From the IMG/VR virus record IMGVR_UViG_3300012956_000001, positions 153,730-217,729 of that record: DNA of 64,000 nt. One strand, written 5' to 3'. The notes beneath the pieces are model-generated. The model saw nothing but the letters and a program-made list of their open reading frames with translations, did no database searches and was not told the DNA's origin. Shown here in pieces: positions 29,943 to 39,236 of the stretch. Both the position numbers and the translations under genes were made by a program. Origin of the DNA: a virus (taxonomy: Duplodnaviria; Heunggongvirae; Uroviricota; Caudoviricetes). Position 1 is the first letter of the stretch, and each line of letters opens with the position of its first letter.

Positions 29943-31322
29943 ATGACAAATTCCATTATGACCACGAGCAACATTCTTCGTAGTGACTCATACAAGGTCA
30001 GTCACCACAAGCAATATCCAGAAGGCACCACAGGCATCTATTCGTATATGGAGAGCCGCGGCGGCGCATTCCCCGAAACAGTGTTCTTTGGTCTTCAATA
30101 TTACTTGAAGGAATATCTCTCCCGCCAGATCACAATGGCCGATGTAGATTATGCCGAACAACGTATGAACAAGCACCTTGGGCCCGGCATTTTCAATCGT
30201 GCTGGTTGGGAACGTATTGTGACCAAGCACAACGGCTATCTGCCTGTTCGTATTAAGGCGGCACCAGAGGGGTTGGTCATTCCTACGCGTAACGTATTGA
30301 TGACCATTGAGAATACCGATCCTGAGTTGCCGTGGGTTACCAATTATGTCGAGACAATGTTGCTGAAAACATGGTATCCCATTACGGTCGCCACCATTTC
30401 CCGCGAAATCAAAAAGCTGATTCACCGATATCTTGATGAAACAGGTGACGTTAGTGGCATCGATTTCAAGTTGCATGACTTCGGATATCGTGGTGTGAGC
30501 TCCGAGGAGTCGGCGGCTATTGGTGGTATGGCACACCTTGTCAACTTCAAGGGTACGGACACCATGATTGCCCTTGAAGCCGCTGATATCTACTACGGCG
30601 AGGATATGGCCGGATTCAGCATTCCTGCCGCAGAACACTCGACCATTACCGCATGGGGTCGTGAGTTTGAATATGAAGCATATCAAAACATGATTCAACA
30701 GTTTGGTAATGGCCCATTGTACGCCGTGGTCAGCGACTCCTACAACATCTATGATGCATGTGAAAAGTTGTGGGGTGGGTCGTTGAAGGCACAAGTACTT
30801 GCTGCACCGGGCACATTGGTCATTCGTCCTGACTCTGGTGTACCACATGAAGTGGTTCGTCAGATTACCGAAATTCTCGGCCGTCAGTTTGGTTATACAA
30901 CCAACGACAAGGGCTATAAGGTACTGAATAAGGTTCGTGTCATTCAGGGCGACGGCATCAACTACGAAGAAATTGGTCGCATCCTTGAAGCATTGAAGAT
31001 TCGTGGATGGAGTGCTGACAACGTGGCATTCGGCATGGGCGGTGCCCTACTTCAGCAGTCGAACCGAGACACACAGAAGTTTGCCATTAAGGCGTCGAGC
31101 ATGGTTCGTAATGATCGTATTCGTGATGTATGGAAAGATCCGGTCACGGACAACGGTAAGCGCTCTAAGCGTGGTCGGTTGAAGCTTGTGTGGAATAGTG
31201 GCGTATTGGAAACGGTGGAAGAACATCAGCCCGGCCACGATGTAATGCAAACGGTTTGGGAAAATGGTGAATTGTTGGTGGATCAGACGTTTGATACCAT
31301 CCGTGGATCGGCCAAAATTTAA
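29943..31322 (+). CDS. nadV: nicotinamide phosphoribosyltransferase (Nampt/NadV)
   Basis: 459 aa; N-terminal ILRSDSYKVSHHKQYP and overall type-II PRTase layout characteristic of NadV. Confidence 0.85.
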   Translation: MTNSIMTTSNILRSDSYKVSHHKQYPEGTTGIYSYMESRGGAFPETVFFGLQYYLKEYLSRQITMADVDYAEQRMNKHLGPGIFNRAGWERIVTKHNGYLPVRIKAAPEGLVIPTRNVLMTIENTDPELPWVTNYVETMLLKTWYPITVATISREIKKLIHRYLDETGDVSGIDFKLHDFGYRGVSSEESAAIGGMAHLVNFKGTDTMIALEAADIYYGEDMAGFSIPAAEHSTITAWGREFEYEAYQNMIQQFGNGPLYAVVSDSYNIYDACEKLWGGSLKAQVLAAPGTLVIRPDSGVPHEVVRQITEILGRQFGYTTNDKGYKVLNKVRVIQGDGINYEEIGRILEALKIRGWSADNVAFGMGGALLQQSNRDTQKFAIKASSMVRNDRIRDVWKDPVTDNGKRSKRGRLKLVWNSGVLETVEEHQPGHDVMQTVWENGELLVDQTFDTIRGSAKI

Positions 31323-31339
31323 AACGGGGGGCATGTAAT

Positions 31340-32014
31340 GTGTTGCAATTTCTTAAAGAATATCAACTAACTGAATCGTTTATTGTTGATGCAAGCAACG
31401 CGGCCTCGTGGCCATTAGATGTACTTAAACCTCTAGTAAGAACACATGAATCATTTGTGGCTGGTGGATACTTCAAAGATTTATTCAGTTCACCGCCCAA
31501 AGATCCTCGTGATATTGATGTGTATTTTTACAATCAAGAATCATTTGATCTAATGTATGATAAATTTAATGCGTCACCGGTATACAAAAAGAAGCACCGC
31601 GGTACAAATGCAATCGCATATGAACATATACCAACTGGACATAGTATTGATTTGGTAACTTCAATTTTTGGCAAGCCACAGGAAGTATTGCGGTCGTTTG
31701 ATTTTACTATAACTAAATGTGCATTAGTACAAAAATTTGGTGAATTTCATCTACTGATGCATGATCAGTTTATGGATCATGTCAACAACAAAGTTCTAAC
31801 TACAGATGCGTATATAGATGTAGGTGTGGATCTGACCTTTGAAGATTTAAATATTACCGCAGTAAAAGACATTGATTGTAATAAACTGTTCAATCGAATG
31901 ATAAAGTATACCTTGTATGGGTATAAGCCATCACACGAATTGAAGACACAACTATTTAGATCAATTAAAGTACAAAAGATCGACACAATTACACCAGTAA
32001 TTACAGAATATTGA
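31340..32014 (+). CDS. pol-beta-superfamily nucleotidyltransferase-like protein
   Basis: VAGGYFKDLFSSPPKDPRDIDVYF fits hG[GS]-x(9-13)-DhDh minimal nucleotidyltransferase motif; GTG start after GGGGGG. Confidence 0.4.
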   Translation: MLQFLKEYQLTESFIVDASNAASWPLDVLKPLVRTHESFVAGGYFKDLFSSPPKDPRDIDVYFYNQESFDLMYDKFNASPVYKKKHRGTNAIAYEHIPTGHSIDLVTSIFGKPQEVLRSFDFTITKCALVQKFGEFHLLMHDQFMDHVNNKVLTTDAYIDVGVDLTFEDLNITAVKDIDCNKLFNRMIKYTLYGYKPSHELKTQLFRSIKVQKIDTITPVITEY

Positions 32015-32020
32015 TACATC

Positions 32021-32050
32021 TAAACCACTCTTGATTTTAAGGGTGGTTTA
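32021..32050 (+). terminator. hairpin TAAACCAC-N14-GTGGTTTA
   Basis: 8-bp stem directly after stop. Confidence 0.45.
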
Positions 32051-32089
32051 GTGTATATTGGATCTTGTTCTTTTACCTCAGAGGAGTAC

Positions 32090-32809
32090 ATGAAAAAGAG
32101 TTTACTTGAACGGTTTATTTCGAAGTACAATCTAGCTGGTGCGGTTGACGGAGTTACGTGGACCGCTGATGCTACAGGCCTATCCACAGAATTTGTAAGT
32201 GACGACAAGCACGTTATCGGCAAGATCAAAACCCCAAACATTAAATTTGATGATGGCAAGTATTCCATCTATGAGACGAAGGCGTTTCGTAGTTTGTTGG
32301 GTGTCTTAGACGATGAGATTGCTGTGTCCGTCAATCTTACCAACAATAAGCCACGGTCTTTGTCCATTAAGGATGATTCTACAAAGGTGGCATTCGTTCT
32401 TGCAGACCCGGCCAACATTCCGGGTGTTGCTACTTTGAAGCAGTTGCCTACGTTTGAAAACGTTATCACCTTGGACAAGACATTTGTTGACCGATTCATT
32501 AAGTCAACTGGTGCATTGGTAGATGTAGAAACGTTCACGGTCTTGTCTGATGGCAAGAAGGCTGAGATTGTGGTTGGATACGACAATAACAACACCAATC
32601 GCGTAACACTCTCCGTCACTGGCACACAGCTACAGAAGTGTGATCCCATTGATTTCCATGCACGATACATGAAGGAAATTTTGATGGCGAATCGTGAAGC
32701 CACGAGCGGTAAGTTTGAAGTGGCCAACGCTGGACTAGCACGTATCACATTTGAAATTGAAGATTTCGAAGTTGTGTACTATCTTCCCGTGGTCAAGCGA
32801 GAGAACTAA
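32090..32809 (+). CDS. gp45: sliding clamp (T4 gp45-like), start placed at ATG 32090 after GAGGAG
   Basis: about 240 aa, two-domain beta-rich protein located in clamp/clamp-loader synteny upstream of gp44 and gp62 homologs. Confidence 0.55.
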   Translation: MKKSLLERFISKYNLAGAVDGVTWTADATGLSTEFVSDDKHVIGKIKTPNIKFDDGKYSIYETKAFRSLLGVLDDEIAVSVNLTNNKPRSLSIKDDSTKVAFVLADPANIPGVATLKQLPTFENVITLDKTFVDRFIKSTGALVDVETFTVLSDGKKAEIVVGYDNNNTNRVTLSVTGTQLQKCDPIDFHARYMKEILMANREATSGKFEVANAGLARITFEIEDFEVVYYLPVVKREN

Positions 32810-33982
32810 ATGAGTTTAGATCAGTTTTTTGATACACCACAATTTGATGTAGAGGCCGAGAAGGTTCGGTTTATCGAACACCTAGATCGCCTAAAAGCGA
32901 TGGATGTTCGTGAACAAACTCTATATCAGAAATGGTATGAATTGTCCACCGAATACAAGTGGGCATCAAACAAAGCATCCATCTTGAAGGCCAATATCTG
33001 GCGACCCACGAATATACAGGATCGTGACGGAACCATTGCCGAATTGAAGGCCCTTCGTCCTAGGCTGCGTTTTATCGAAAAGACTGATAAGAAGGGTATT
33101 GAGGATTGGCTCATTTATCGTGTATTGATGAGTACGTTTAACTTCGACCAAAATCCGGGCCGATTCCTCAGATTTCTCGTTGAAGATGAAGTAACGGACA
33201 AGGTGCTTGGTATTACGTCACTGGGCTCTGATGTCATTAACATTGGATGCCGTGACCGATATATTGGTTGGAATGAAACCGACAAGTTGGCGGGCATGTT
33301 GAATCACACTGCCATTGGCACAACCATTGTCGCAACTCAGCCATTCGGTTACAACTTCCTTGGTGGTAAGCTTATCGCTGCCTTACTTGTGACGCCTACC
33401 ATTCGAGACATTTGGAAGCGTGAATACGGCGAGACATTGGTGGGCATTACTACCACTTCGTTGTATGGCGACGGATCAATGTATAACAGCATTCCGTGGT
33501 GGAAGTCATTGGGTGAAACCACTGGTAAGATTCCATTGAAGCCCACGGATGAATACTACATGCCATGGCACGAGATCATCAAAACCAAATATCCAGAACA
33601 ATATGATAAGTTGTTGTGGAACGCTGTTGGTGGTCCGTCCACTGGCGTTAAACAGAAAATCATTAACGTGATTTTCAAAGAAGTGGGCGTCAAGCCATCA
33701 CAGTATGTACACGGTTTCAATCGTGGTGTCTACTTTGCTTCGTTGTACGAAAACACCAAAGAGTTTCTCCGTAAGGAAATCACCGATGCTGAATTGATAC
33801 CAATCAAGCGATCAACGTCGATGGACGCCGTTATGGAGTGGTGGACAAAGAAAGCCATTTCACGATACGAGAAGTTACATGCCGAAGATAGACTAAAGCC
33901 CGAAGTGTTGTTCTATAATGATGTAATGTTCCAAACATGGGACGAAACAAAAACCAAATATCTTGGTGAGGTTGGCCGATAA
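32810..33982 (+). CDS. hypothetical 390-aa protein inserted between clamp and clamp-loader genes
   Basis: no motif recognised; TAAATG overlap with clamp gene. Confidence 0.45.
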   Translation: MSLDQFFDTPQFDVEAEKVRFIEHLDRLKAMDVREQTLYQKWYELSTEYKWASNKASILKANIWRPTNIQDRDGTIAELKALRPRLRFIEKTDKKGIEDWLIYRVLMSTFNFDQNPGRFLRFLVEDEVTDKVLGITSLGSDVINIGCRDRYIGWNETDKLAGMLNHTAIGTTIVATQPFGYNFLGGKLIAALLVTPTIRDIWKREYGETLVGITTTSLYGDGSMYNSIPWWKSLGETTGKIPLKPTDEYYMPWHEIIKTKYPEQYDKLLWNAVGGPSTGVKQKIINVIFKEVGVKPSQYVHGFNRGVYFASLYENTKEFLRKEITDAELIPIKRSTSMDAVMEWWTKKAISRYEKLHAEDRLKPEVLFYNDVMFQTWDETKTKYLGEVGR

Positions 33983-34188
33983 TGTCATCAATACGAAAAA
34001 ACAAACGAATGTTATTCAATAGAGCATTTGGCCGTCGAAGTGCAAAGGAAGAACCACAAAACTTGCCGGCGATACCAAACCCAAATGCATATCCTGTTAG
34101 GCACAAGCCATTAGGCAGATCGTCGGGAAGTGTAGAGGGTGTTGCCGGGTGGCGGTCAAATTACTATAAATTGGATGAAATCAAATGA
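33982..34188 (+). CDS. small basic hypothetical protein
   Basis: 68 aa; overlaps flanking genes by 1 and 4 nt. Confidence 0.3.
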   Translation: MSSIRKNKRMLFNRAFGRRSAKEEPQNLPAIPNPNAYPVRHKPLGRSSGSVEGVAGWRSNYYKLDEIK

Positions 34189-35102
34189 ATCATAGTTTGT
34201 GGGTTGAACAATACAGACCAACCACACTTGACGATTACATTGGCAACGATGCTTTGAAGGCCAAGGTTGGTCGTATGATTGCAGATGGCGACATTCCACA
34301 TCTATTGTTGAGTGGTCCACCGGGCACGGGCAAGACGACTGTTGCTAAGATCATCGTCAAAAACATTGAGTGTGATTACCTATACATCAATGCATCAGAT
34401 GATAACAACGTCGAAACCGTCCGTACTAAGATCAAGTCATTCGCATCTACCATCGGCTTCAAGCCAATGAAGATCATTATCTTGGACGAGGCAGATTACA
34501 TCACGATCAACGGCCAGGCTGCTCTCCGTAACATCATGGAGACGTTCTCACGGACCACGCGGTTTATCCTAACATGTAACTTCGTGGAACGAATCATTGA
34601 TCCGATTGTCAGTCGTACACAACAGTTTCATGTTGTACCACCGACTAAAATCGATGTTGCCAAGCACGTTGCTGGTCTTTTGAAAAAGGAAGATGTGAGT
34701 TATCAACCAACCGATGTGAAGTTGTTGGTGGATGCCCATTATCCCGATATTCGAAAAATCATTAATGAAGCCCAATTGAACACGATGAACGGTCAACTGA
34801 CCATTGATGCTGAAGAAGTCGTGTCGAGCGACATCAAGTTGAAGGTGGTTGAGTTGCTCGGTCAGAAGGGCGATGCAAAGAAACGATTCCAAGATATTCG
34901 TCAATTGGTTGCCGATGCTGGCATTCGAGACTTTTCGGACATGTATACGCTTCTATACGAGAAGGTCGATCAGTATGGCAAGAGTCATGTGAGTCAAGTC
35001 ATCTTGCATATTGCTGAAGGTCAGAAATATGATGGTCAGGTAGTGAATAAAGAAATCAACATGATGAGCACAATCATCAACATACTTCAAACCATAGGAT
35101 AA
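34185..35102 (+). CDS. gp44: clamp loader large subunit, AAA+ (T4 gp44 / RFC-like)
   Basis: EQYRP...LLLSGPPGTGKTT Walker A, IIILDEAD Walker B, SRT/SRC-like sensor (VSRTQ). Confidence 0.9.
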   Translation: MNHSLWVEQYRPTTLDDYIGNDALKAKVGRMIADGDIPHLLLSGPPGTGKTTVAKIIVKNIECDYLYINASDDNNVETVRTKIKSFASTIGFKPMKIIILDEADYITINGQAALRNIMETFSRTTRFILTCNFVERIIDPIVSRTQQFHVVPPTKIDVAKHVAGLLKKEDVSYQPTDVKLLVDAHYPDIRKIINEAQLNTMNGQLTIDAEEVVSSDIKLKVVELLGQKGDAKKRFQDIRQLVADAGIRDFSDMYTLLYEKVDQYGKSHVSQVILHIAEGQKYDGQVVNKEINMMSTIINILQTIG

Positions 35103-35332
35103 CACATGTTTACATTACTAATCATAGGATTTGCCGGCTATGTCGGATACAAAATTGGCAAGTCCGATAAATAAGATCATTCATGCGGTTACTAACCCCG
35201 GTTCGATGCCTGCATTTCATGCTAAGACAATGCAACGGCATCGAACCGAATGGCCCGCCCTGTGGTCTGCAATAGATGAGTTAATTCAACAACAAGGTAC
35301 TACTTATAGTAGAAACCTACTAGGAGACAAAA

Positions 35333-35668
35333 ATGAGCATTGAAACTGGCATGGGCAATATAACGGGTGCAAGTCCGGTACAACTGGATATCTCAGCAAC
35401 CACTCCGGTTGTATGTGAATGTGGTAATTACACATTTGTACATTCGGTATTTTTGCGAGAAGTATCTGCACTAGTATCACCGTCTGGTAAGGCTGGTATT
35501 GTGCCAGTGCCAACGTTTACATGTAATTCATGTGGTCGCGTGCCTGACCAAGTAGTACCGCCGTTCTTGAAGACGGAGAAGCAGGGCACCACCGCAGCAA
35601 TACCCGCAGGATCGGTTACAACCACACCAAGTTTGTCAAAGGGTGGATTAACCCTGTTGACTGACTAA
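35333..35668 (+). CDS. hypothetical zinc-ribbon protein
   Basis: CECGN...CNSCGR. Confidence 0.35.
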   Translation: MSIETGMGNITGASPVQLDISATTPVVCECGNYTFVHSVFLREVSALVSPSGKAGIVPVPTFTCNSCGRVPDQVVPPFLKTEKQGTTAAIPAGSVTTTPSLSKGGLTLLTD

Positions 35669-35670
35669 TT

Positions 35671-35970
35671 TTGGAGAACGTGATGTCAAATTTAAGTCTT
35701 GAAGTTGAAAACATTAAGGATTACATGCGTAAGGGCATGCCCGAGGGCGCTGAACCTGTAATCAAGTCTATTAATGTATTGTTCCGTCGAATCGAAGAAC
35801 TAGAACATGCCTTGATTCCATTTGCTCGCCAGGGATTGGCTAGCAACGAAGACAAGCCATTGATCCTAGTCTATCACAAGCACTGTCAGGCCGCTTACAA
35901 AACGTTGTCTGCTCGTGTTGCTGAATCGGTTCGTCCACCTGAGCCAGAGTATCTCCCAGCAGAGGTCTAA
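35671..35970 (+). CDS. hypothetical protein
   Basis: 99-aa ORF, GGAG RBS. Confidence 0.35.
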   Translation: MENVMSNLSLEVENIKDYMRKGMPEGAEPVIKSINVLFRRIEELEHALIPFARQGLASNEDKPLILVYHKHCQAAYKTLSARVAESVRPPEPEYLPAEV

Positions 35971-36330
35971 ATGCCGTTCTATAGAAAGAAGCCTGTAGTT
36001 ATTGAAGCAGTTCAATGGACAGGCAGCAATATTAATGACGTAGTAAGTATGCCTAGAAACTTTGATCTTAGTCATCTTATTGTAAATTGGAATGGTACGC
36101 TTAGCATTAAGACTCTTGAAGGTGTGATGCAAGCTGAGATCGGTGACTTCATCATCTGCGGCGTCCAAGGTGAATTATATCCGTGTAAGCCTGATATCTT
36201 TAAGCAGACATACGAGGATATAGAAGCCGAAGCGAAGTCAGCATTACCATCTCAGTTTAAAGAATTGAAGTCATTCATTTCTGATCTGAAGAATCGAGCA
36301 CAAAATAGACTTGATGAGCTAACCAAATAG
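35971..36330 (+). CDS. hypothetical protein
   Basis: 119-aa ORF, TAAATG overlap. Confidence 0.35.
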   Translation: MPFYRKKPVVIEAVQWTGSNINDVVSMPRNFDLSHLIVNWNGTLSIKTLEGVMQAEIGDFIICGVQGELYPCKPDIFKQTYEDIEAEAKSALPSQFKELKSFISDLKNRAQNRLDELTK

Positions 36331-36337
36331 AGGATCT

Positions 36338-36784
36338 GTGTCTCAAAAAACGCCGTTCGATCATATCAACGCCATATACAATAATCAGCGACTTGATTAT
36401 TATGATACACTAACCGACCACGACAAGAAAACATTCAATGCCTATGTGATTAGCATGGGCATTAGTATGAACTGGGATTTCTTGCCTATTGTCAATATAG
36501 CAAATCGATATTGGGATGAACTATCTCCACGATCATTGTATTTGTTCTATAGCCAGCTCATCCCGAAGGGCAAGTATTTCAACAAGTGGGTCAAGGGTAA
36601 AAAGGATGCCTCGTATGAGCCATGGCTGATTCAGTTGGTTTCCAAGAAATACGAAATTTCACACGATGAAGCAACAGTATATATTTCGATCTTTCTAAAG
36701 ACTGACGAGGGCCGCGCTGAACTACGAGAGATCTGTACTGGCTTTGGTGTAGACGAGAAGAAACTCAAGAAGGCAAAACTGTAA
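36338..36784 (+). CDS. gp62: clamp loader small subunit (T4 gp62-like)
   Basis: LIPKGKYFNKWVKGKKDASYEPWLIQLVSKKYEISHDEATVYISIF parallels gp62 region AVPRGKRYGKWAKL...LAKRYQVNTNDAINYKSIL. Confidence 0.6.
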   Translation: MSQKTPFDHINAIYNNQRLDYYDTLTDHDKKTFNAYVISMGISMNWDFLPIVNIANRYWDELSPRSLYLFYSQLIPKGKYFNKWVKGKKDASYEPWLIQLVSKKYEISHDEATVYISIFLKTDEGRAELREICTGFGVDEKKLKKAKL

Positions 36785-36794
36785 GGAGTGTCTT

Positions 36795-37121
36795 ATGTGG
36801 GAAGGTTTAGACAATCTGCCAGAATCGTTGATTCGTAAAACTAATGATGACGTATTCGTATGCATCTATTGTGGCAATAAAGATCTAAAACGTTGTAATA
36901 CACCATTGGATTCTATACTATCATCAAATCCAAGTAAGATGCGTGCCGAAGTAACTTGTGGTAAATGCCATCGTGAATTGCCATATTTGAATGAACGTTG
37001 GTATGGATTGAAATCACGAGAACTCATGAAGAACTACGGATATTCTAAAACTAACCCCTGCCCATTTTGGACGGGCAAGTTACCATTTTGGGCGATAAGC
37101 AATGCCAAAAAAACCGATTAA
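36795..37121 (+). CDS. hypothetical zinc-finger protein
   Basis: CIYCGN...CGKCH. Confidence 0.4.
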   Translation: MWEGLDNLPESLIRKTNDDVFVCIYCGNKDLKRCNTPLDSILSSNPSKMRAEVTCGKCHRELPYLNERWYGLKSRELMKNYGYSKTNPCPFWTGKLPFWAISNAKKTD

Positions 37122-37241
37122 GCAACAATCAGGCAAAGGCGACACGCCGAGACCCATCGCCGTCGATCCAAACCAATACGAATTGAATTGGGAACGAACA
37201 TTTGGATCACCGAGTAAAAAAACAGATAAACTAGATGATAA

Positions 37242-37276
37242 ACACCCCACACCTTGACTTTTCGGTTGTGGGGTGT
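37242..37276 (+). terminator. hairpin ACACCCCACA-N15-TGTGGGGTGT
   Basis: 10-bp perfect stem. Confidence 0.5.
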
Positions 37277-37310
37277 TACATTTGTACAACACCTATTTGT
37301 CGAGAGTCCA

Positions 37311-38219
37311 ATGACTGATGAAGCAGTTTTAGATATTCCAAAGGTTCGATCTGTAAGTTATAGTCAATATACATTATGGGCTACTTGTCCTGAGCAATGG
37401 AAGATTCGTTATGTTGACGGCGTAAAGTCTGAGTCTGGTATCGAACTGGTATTCGGAACTGCCATGCATGATACGATTCAACATTGGCTGACATTATTGT
37501 ACGGACCAAATCCAGAGAAGGCGAAAATATTTGATGTGAAGGGATATCTCAAAGAACGATTGATGCTTCATGTCAAGAAAGAATTGTTCTTGGAAGATCG
37601 AAAGCTTACCACAAAGGAAGAAGTCGCTGAGTATTACGCTGATGGATGTAATATCATCGATCACGTACTTCAGCACAAGAAAGATTTCTTTCCAAAAAAC
37701 TATGAGTTGGTTGGTATCGAAGTTCCGCTGGAGTTGGAGGCATCGCCTGGTGTACGGTTTCGCGGCTTTATTGACGTAGTGTTGTATCATAAGGCGGCAA
37801 AAACATATTACATCTATGACTTCAAAACGTCACGTTACGGCTGGTTCTCACAGAAGAAAGATCACAAGAAACTCGACCAGCTTCTACTATACAAGAAATA
37901 CTACAGCGAAGTATTGGGTGTGTCGCCTGACAACATCAATGTCAAGTTCATTATTCTCAAGCGTAAGGTTAACGAAAATTCTGACTATGCCGTAAAGCAT
38001 ATGGTTGGGTTTGAGCCGTCGCATGGTTCGACCAGCATGAAGCGTGCCAATGAGCGATTCTCTAAGTTCCTCGAATTGTTTGACGAGAATGGTGTTCCAA
38101 AGTTGGATACTATTCGACCTACGCCATCTGAGTCGGCATGTAAATATTGTATTGCAAAAAATGATCCGAAGATGTGTGCATTTTCATTTTACAAGTCCAA
38201 TAAAAAATCACTGGTATAA
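37311..38219 (+). CDS. Cas4/RecB-like PD-(D/E)xK exonuclease with four-Cys cluster
   Basis: GFIDVVLY...YIYDFKTS nuclease core; one N-terminal Cys (CPEQW) plus C-terminal CKYCIAKNDPKMC; start moved to ATG 37311 (track ORF begins at TTG inside terminator). Confidence 0.65.
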   Translation: MTDEAVLDIPKVRSVSYSQYTLWATCPEQWKIRYVDGVKSESGIELVFGTAMHDTIQHWLTLLYGPNPEKAKIFDVKGYLKERLMLHVKKELFLEDRKLTTKEEVAEYYADGCNIIDHVLQHKKDFFPKNYELVGIEVPLELEASPGVRFRGFIDVVLYHKAAKTYYIYDFKTSRYGWFSQKKDHKKLDQLLLYKKYYSEVLGVSPDNINVKFIILKRKVNENSDYAVKHMVGFEPSHGSTSMKRANERFSKFLELFDENGVPKLDTIRPTPSESACKYCIAKNDPKMCAFSFYKSNKKSLV

Positions 38220-38224
38220 CGACT

Positions 38225-38842
38225 ATGATTCTTAAAAAATGGAAGGATGCGCTGTTGCGTAAGAGTGATGAAGAATCGTTAGATTCTCAAGCGGTTACCG
38301 ATCTAAAAAATCAGATCATGGAATCGTATAAAGATTTACATCAAAGAACCCAAAATATGCAGCGCGCGTTAAAAATACCGCCACCAACTTCCGGCCCAAG
38401 TGGTGCTGCGCCGCTACCACCGACTAACTCCGGTATAATTCCCAATGCTATGTTACAGGGCGGGATGTCCATACCAACACAATCAGCATATACGATTGGA
38501 AGTGGATCAATTGGTCCGGGCCAAATCAGTATAAGTCATGGACAAGCATTTGGTCCACTTAATGGTCCATCTACTACCATTTCTGATCTAGAAAAACATG
38601 TTGATGATATGGAAGTAAGGATAAAGAAACTCATTGTGGAACGTGATGAAGCCCGCAAATATGCTGAATTGTATCGAGACAAGTACATTCAGTTAAAACG
38701 TGGTGTGACTGTTGCTGATGCTAAAAGACACGATGCCATTCGAAAGCAGTTATGGAATTCGGATTTGCTAAATCAAAATGATCCAGTAATCAAAAATATT
38801 CAAGAACAATTTGACAGCATGTTTAACGAGGATCAAAAATGA
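38225..38842 (+). CDS. hypothetical protein with Pro/Gly-rich middle and coiled-coil C-terminus
   Basis: 205-aa ORF. Confidence 0.35.
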   Translation: MILKKWKDALLRKSDEESLDSQAVTDLKNQIMESYKDLHQRTQNMQRALKIPPPTSGPSGAAPLPPTNSGIIPNAMLQGGMSIPTQSAYTIGSGSIGPGQISISHGQAFGPLNGPSTTISDLEKHVDDMEVRIKKLIVERDEARKYAELYRDKYIQLKRGVTVADAKRHDAIRKQLWNSDLLNQNDPVIKNIQEQFDSMFNEDQK

Positions 38843-39234
38843 GTGGATGGCGAGGAGTAGACTTGGACGGCACCCTAGCAGAATATCATCATGGTGATCT
38901 ACGAACGCACGGATGGACATATATCGGACCACCAGTTCCAGCGATGGTCGAACGTGTTAAGCAATGGCTCGCACAAGGCGACGAAATTCGAATTTTTACT
39001 GCCCGTGTATCCGAGGAACATCCAGGCGAATTAGCCAAAATTCGTGAAGCTATTGAAAATTGGTGTGAAGAACACATTGGACAAAAGCTCATAGTAACTA
39101 ATGTAAAAGATTACAGTATGTTTGAATTGTGGGATGACCGCGCCGTACAGGTCATACCGAATACTGGTGAAAATGCCGCTGAAGCTGCATATGATAGGGG
39201 CTACGAAAATGCCATTATGGGTGAGGGGTACTGA
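38839..39234 (+). CDS. HAD-superfamily hydrolase-like small protein
   Basis: VDLDGTLAEY matches HAD motif I DxDG[TS]. Confidence 0.45.
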   Translation: MSGWRGVDLDGTLAEYHHGDLRTHGWTYIGPPVPAMVERVKQWLAQGDEIRIFTARVSEEHPGELAKIREAIENWCEEHIGQKLIVTNVKDYSMFELWDDRAVQVIPNTGENAAEAAYDRGYENAIMGEGY

Positions 39235-39236
39235 AA

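Noticed and set aside
29988-30848. 286-aa minus-strand ORF
   Set aside because: Lies antisense within the well-supported nadV gene.
35106-35174. 22-aa hydrophobic micro-ORF MFTLLIIGFAGYVGYKIGKSDK right after gp44 stop
   Set aside because: Too short to support without conservation data; mentioned only as context in the clamp-loader finding.
37098-37253. 51-aa basic ORF (MPKKPIKQQSGKGDTPRPIAVDPNQYELNWERTFG...) overlapping the 3' end of the zinc-finger gene and the terminator
   Set aside because: Overlaps a supported gene in another frame and ends inside a terminator hairpin; no independent support.
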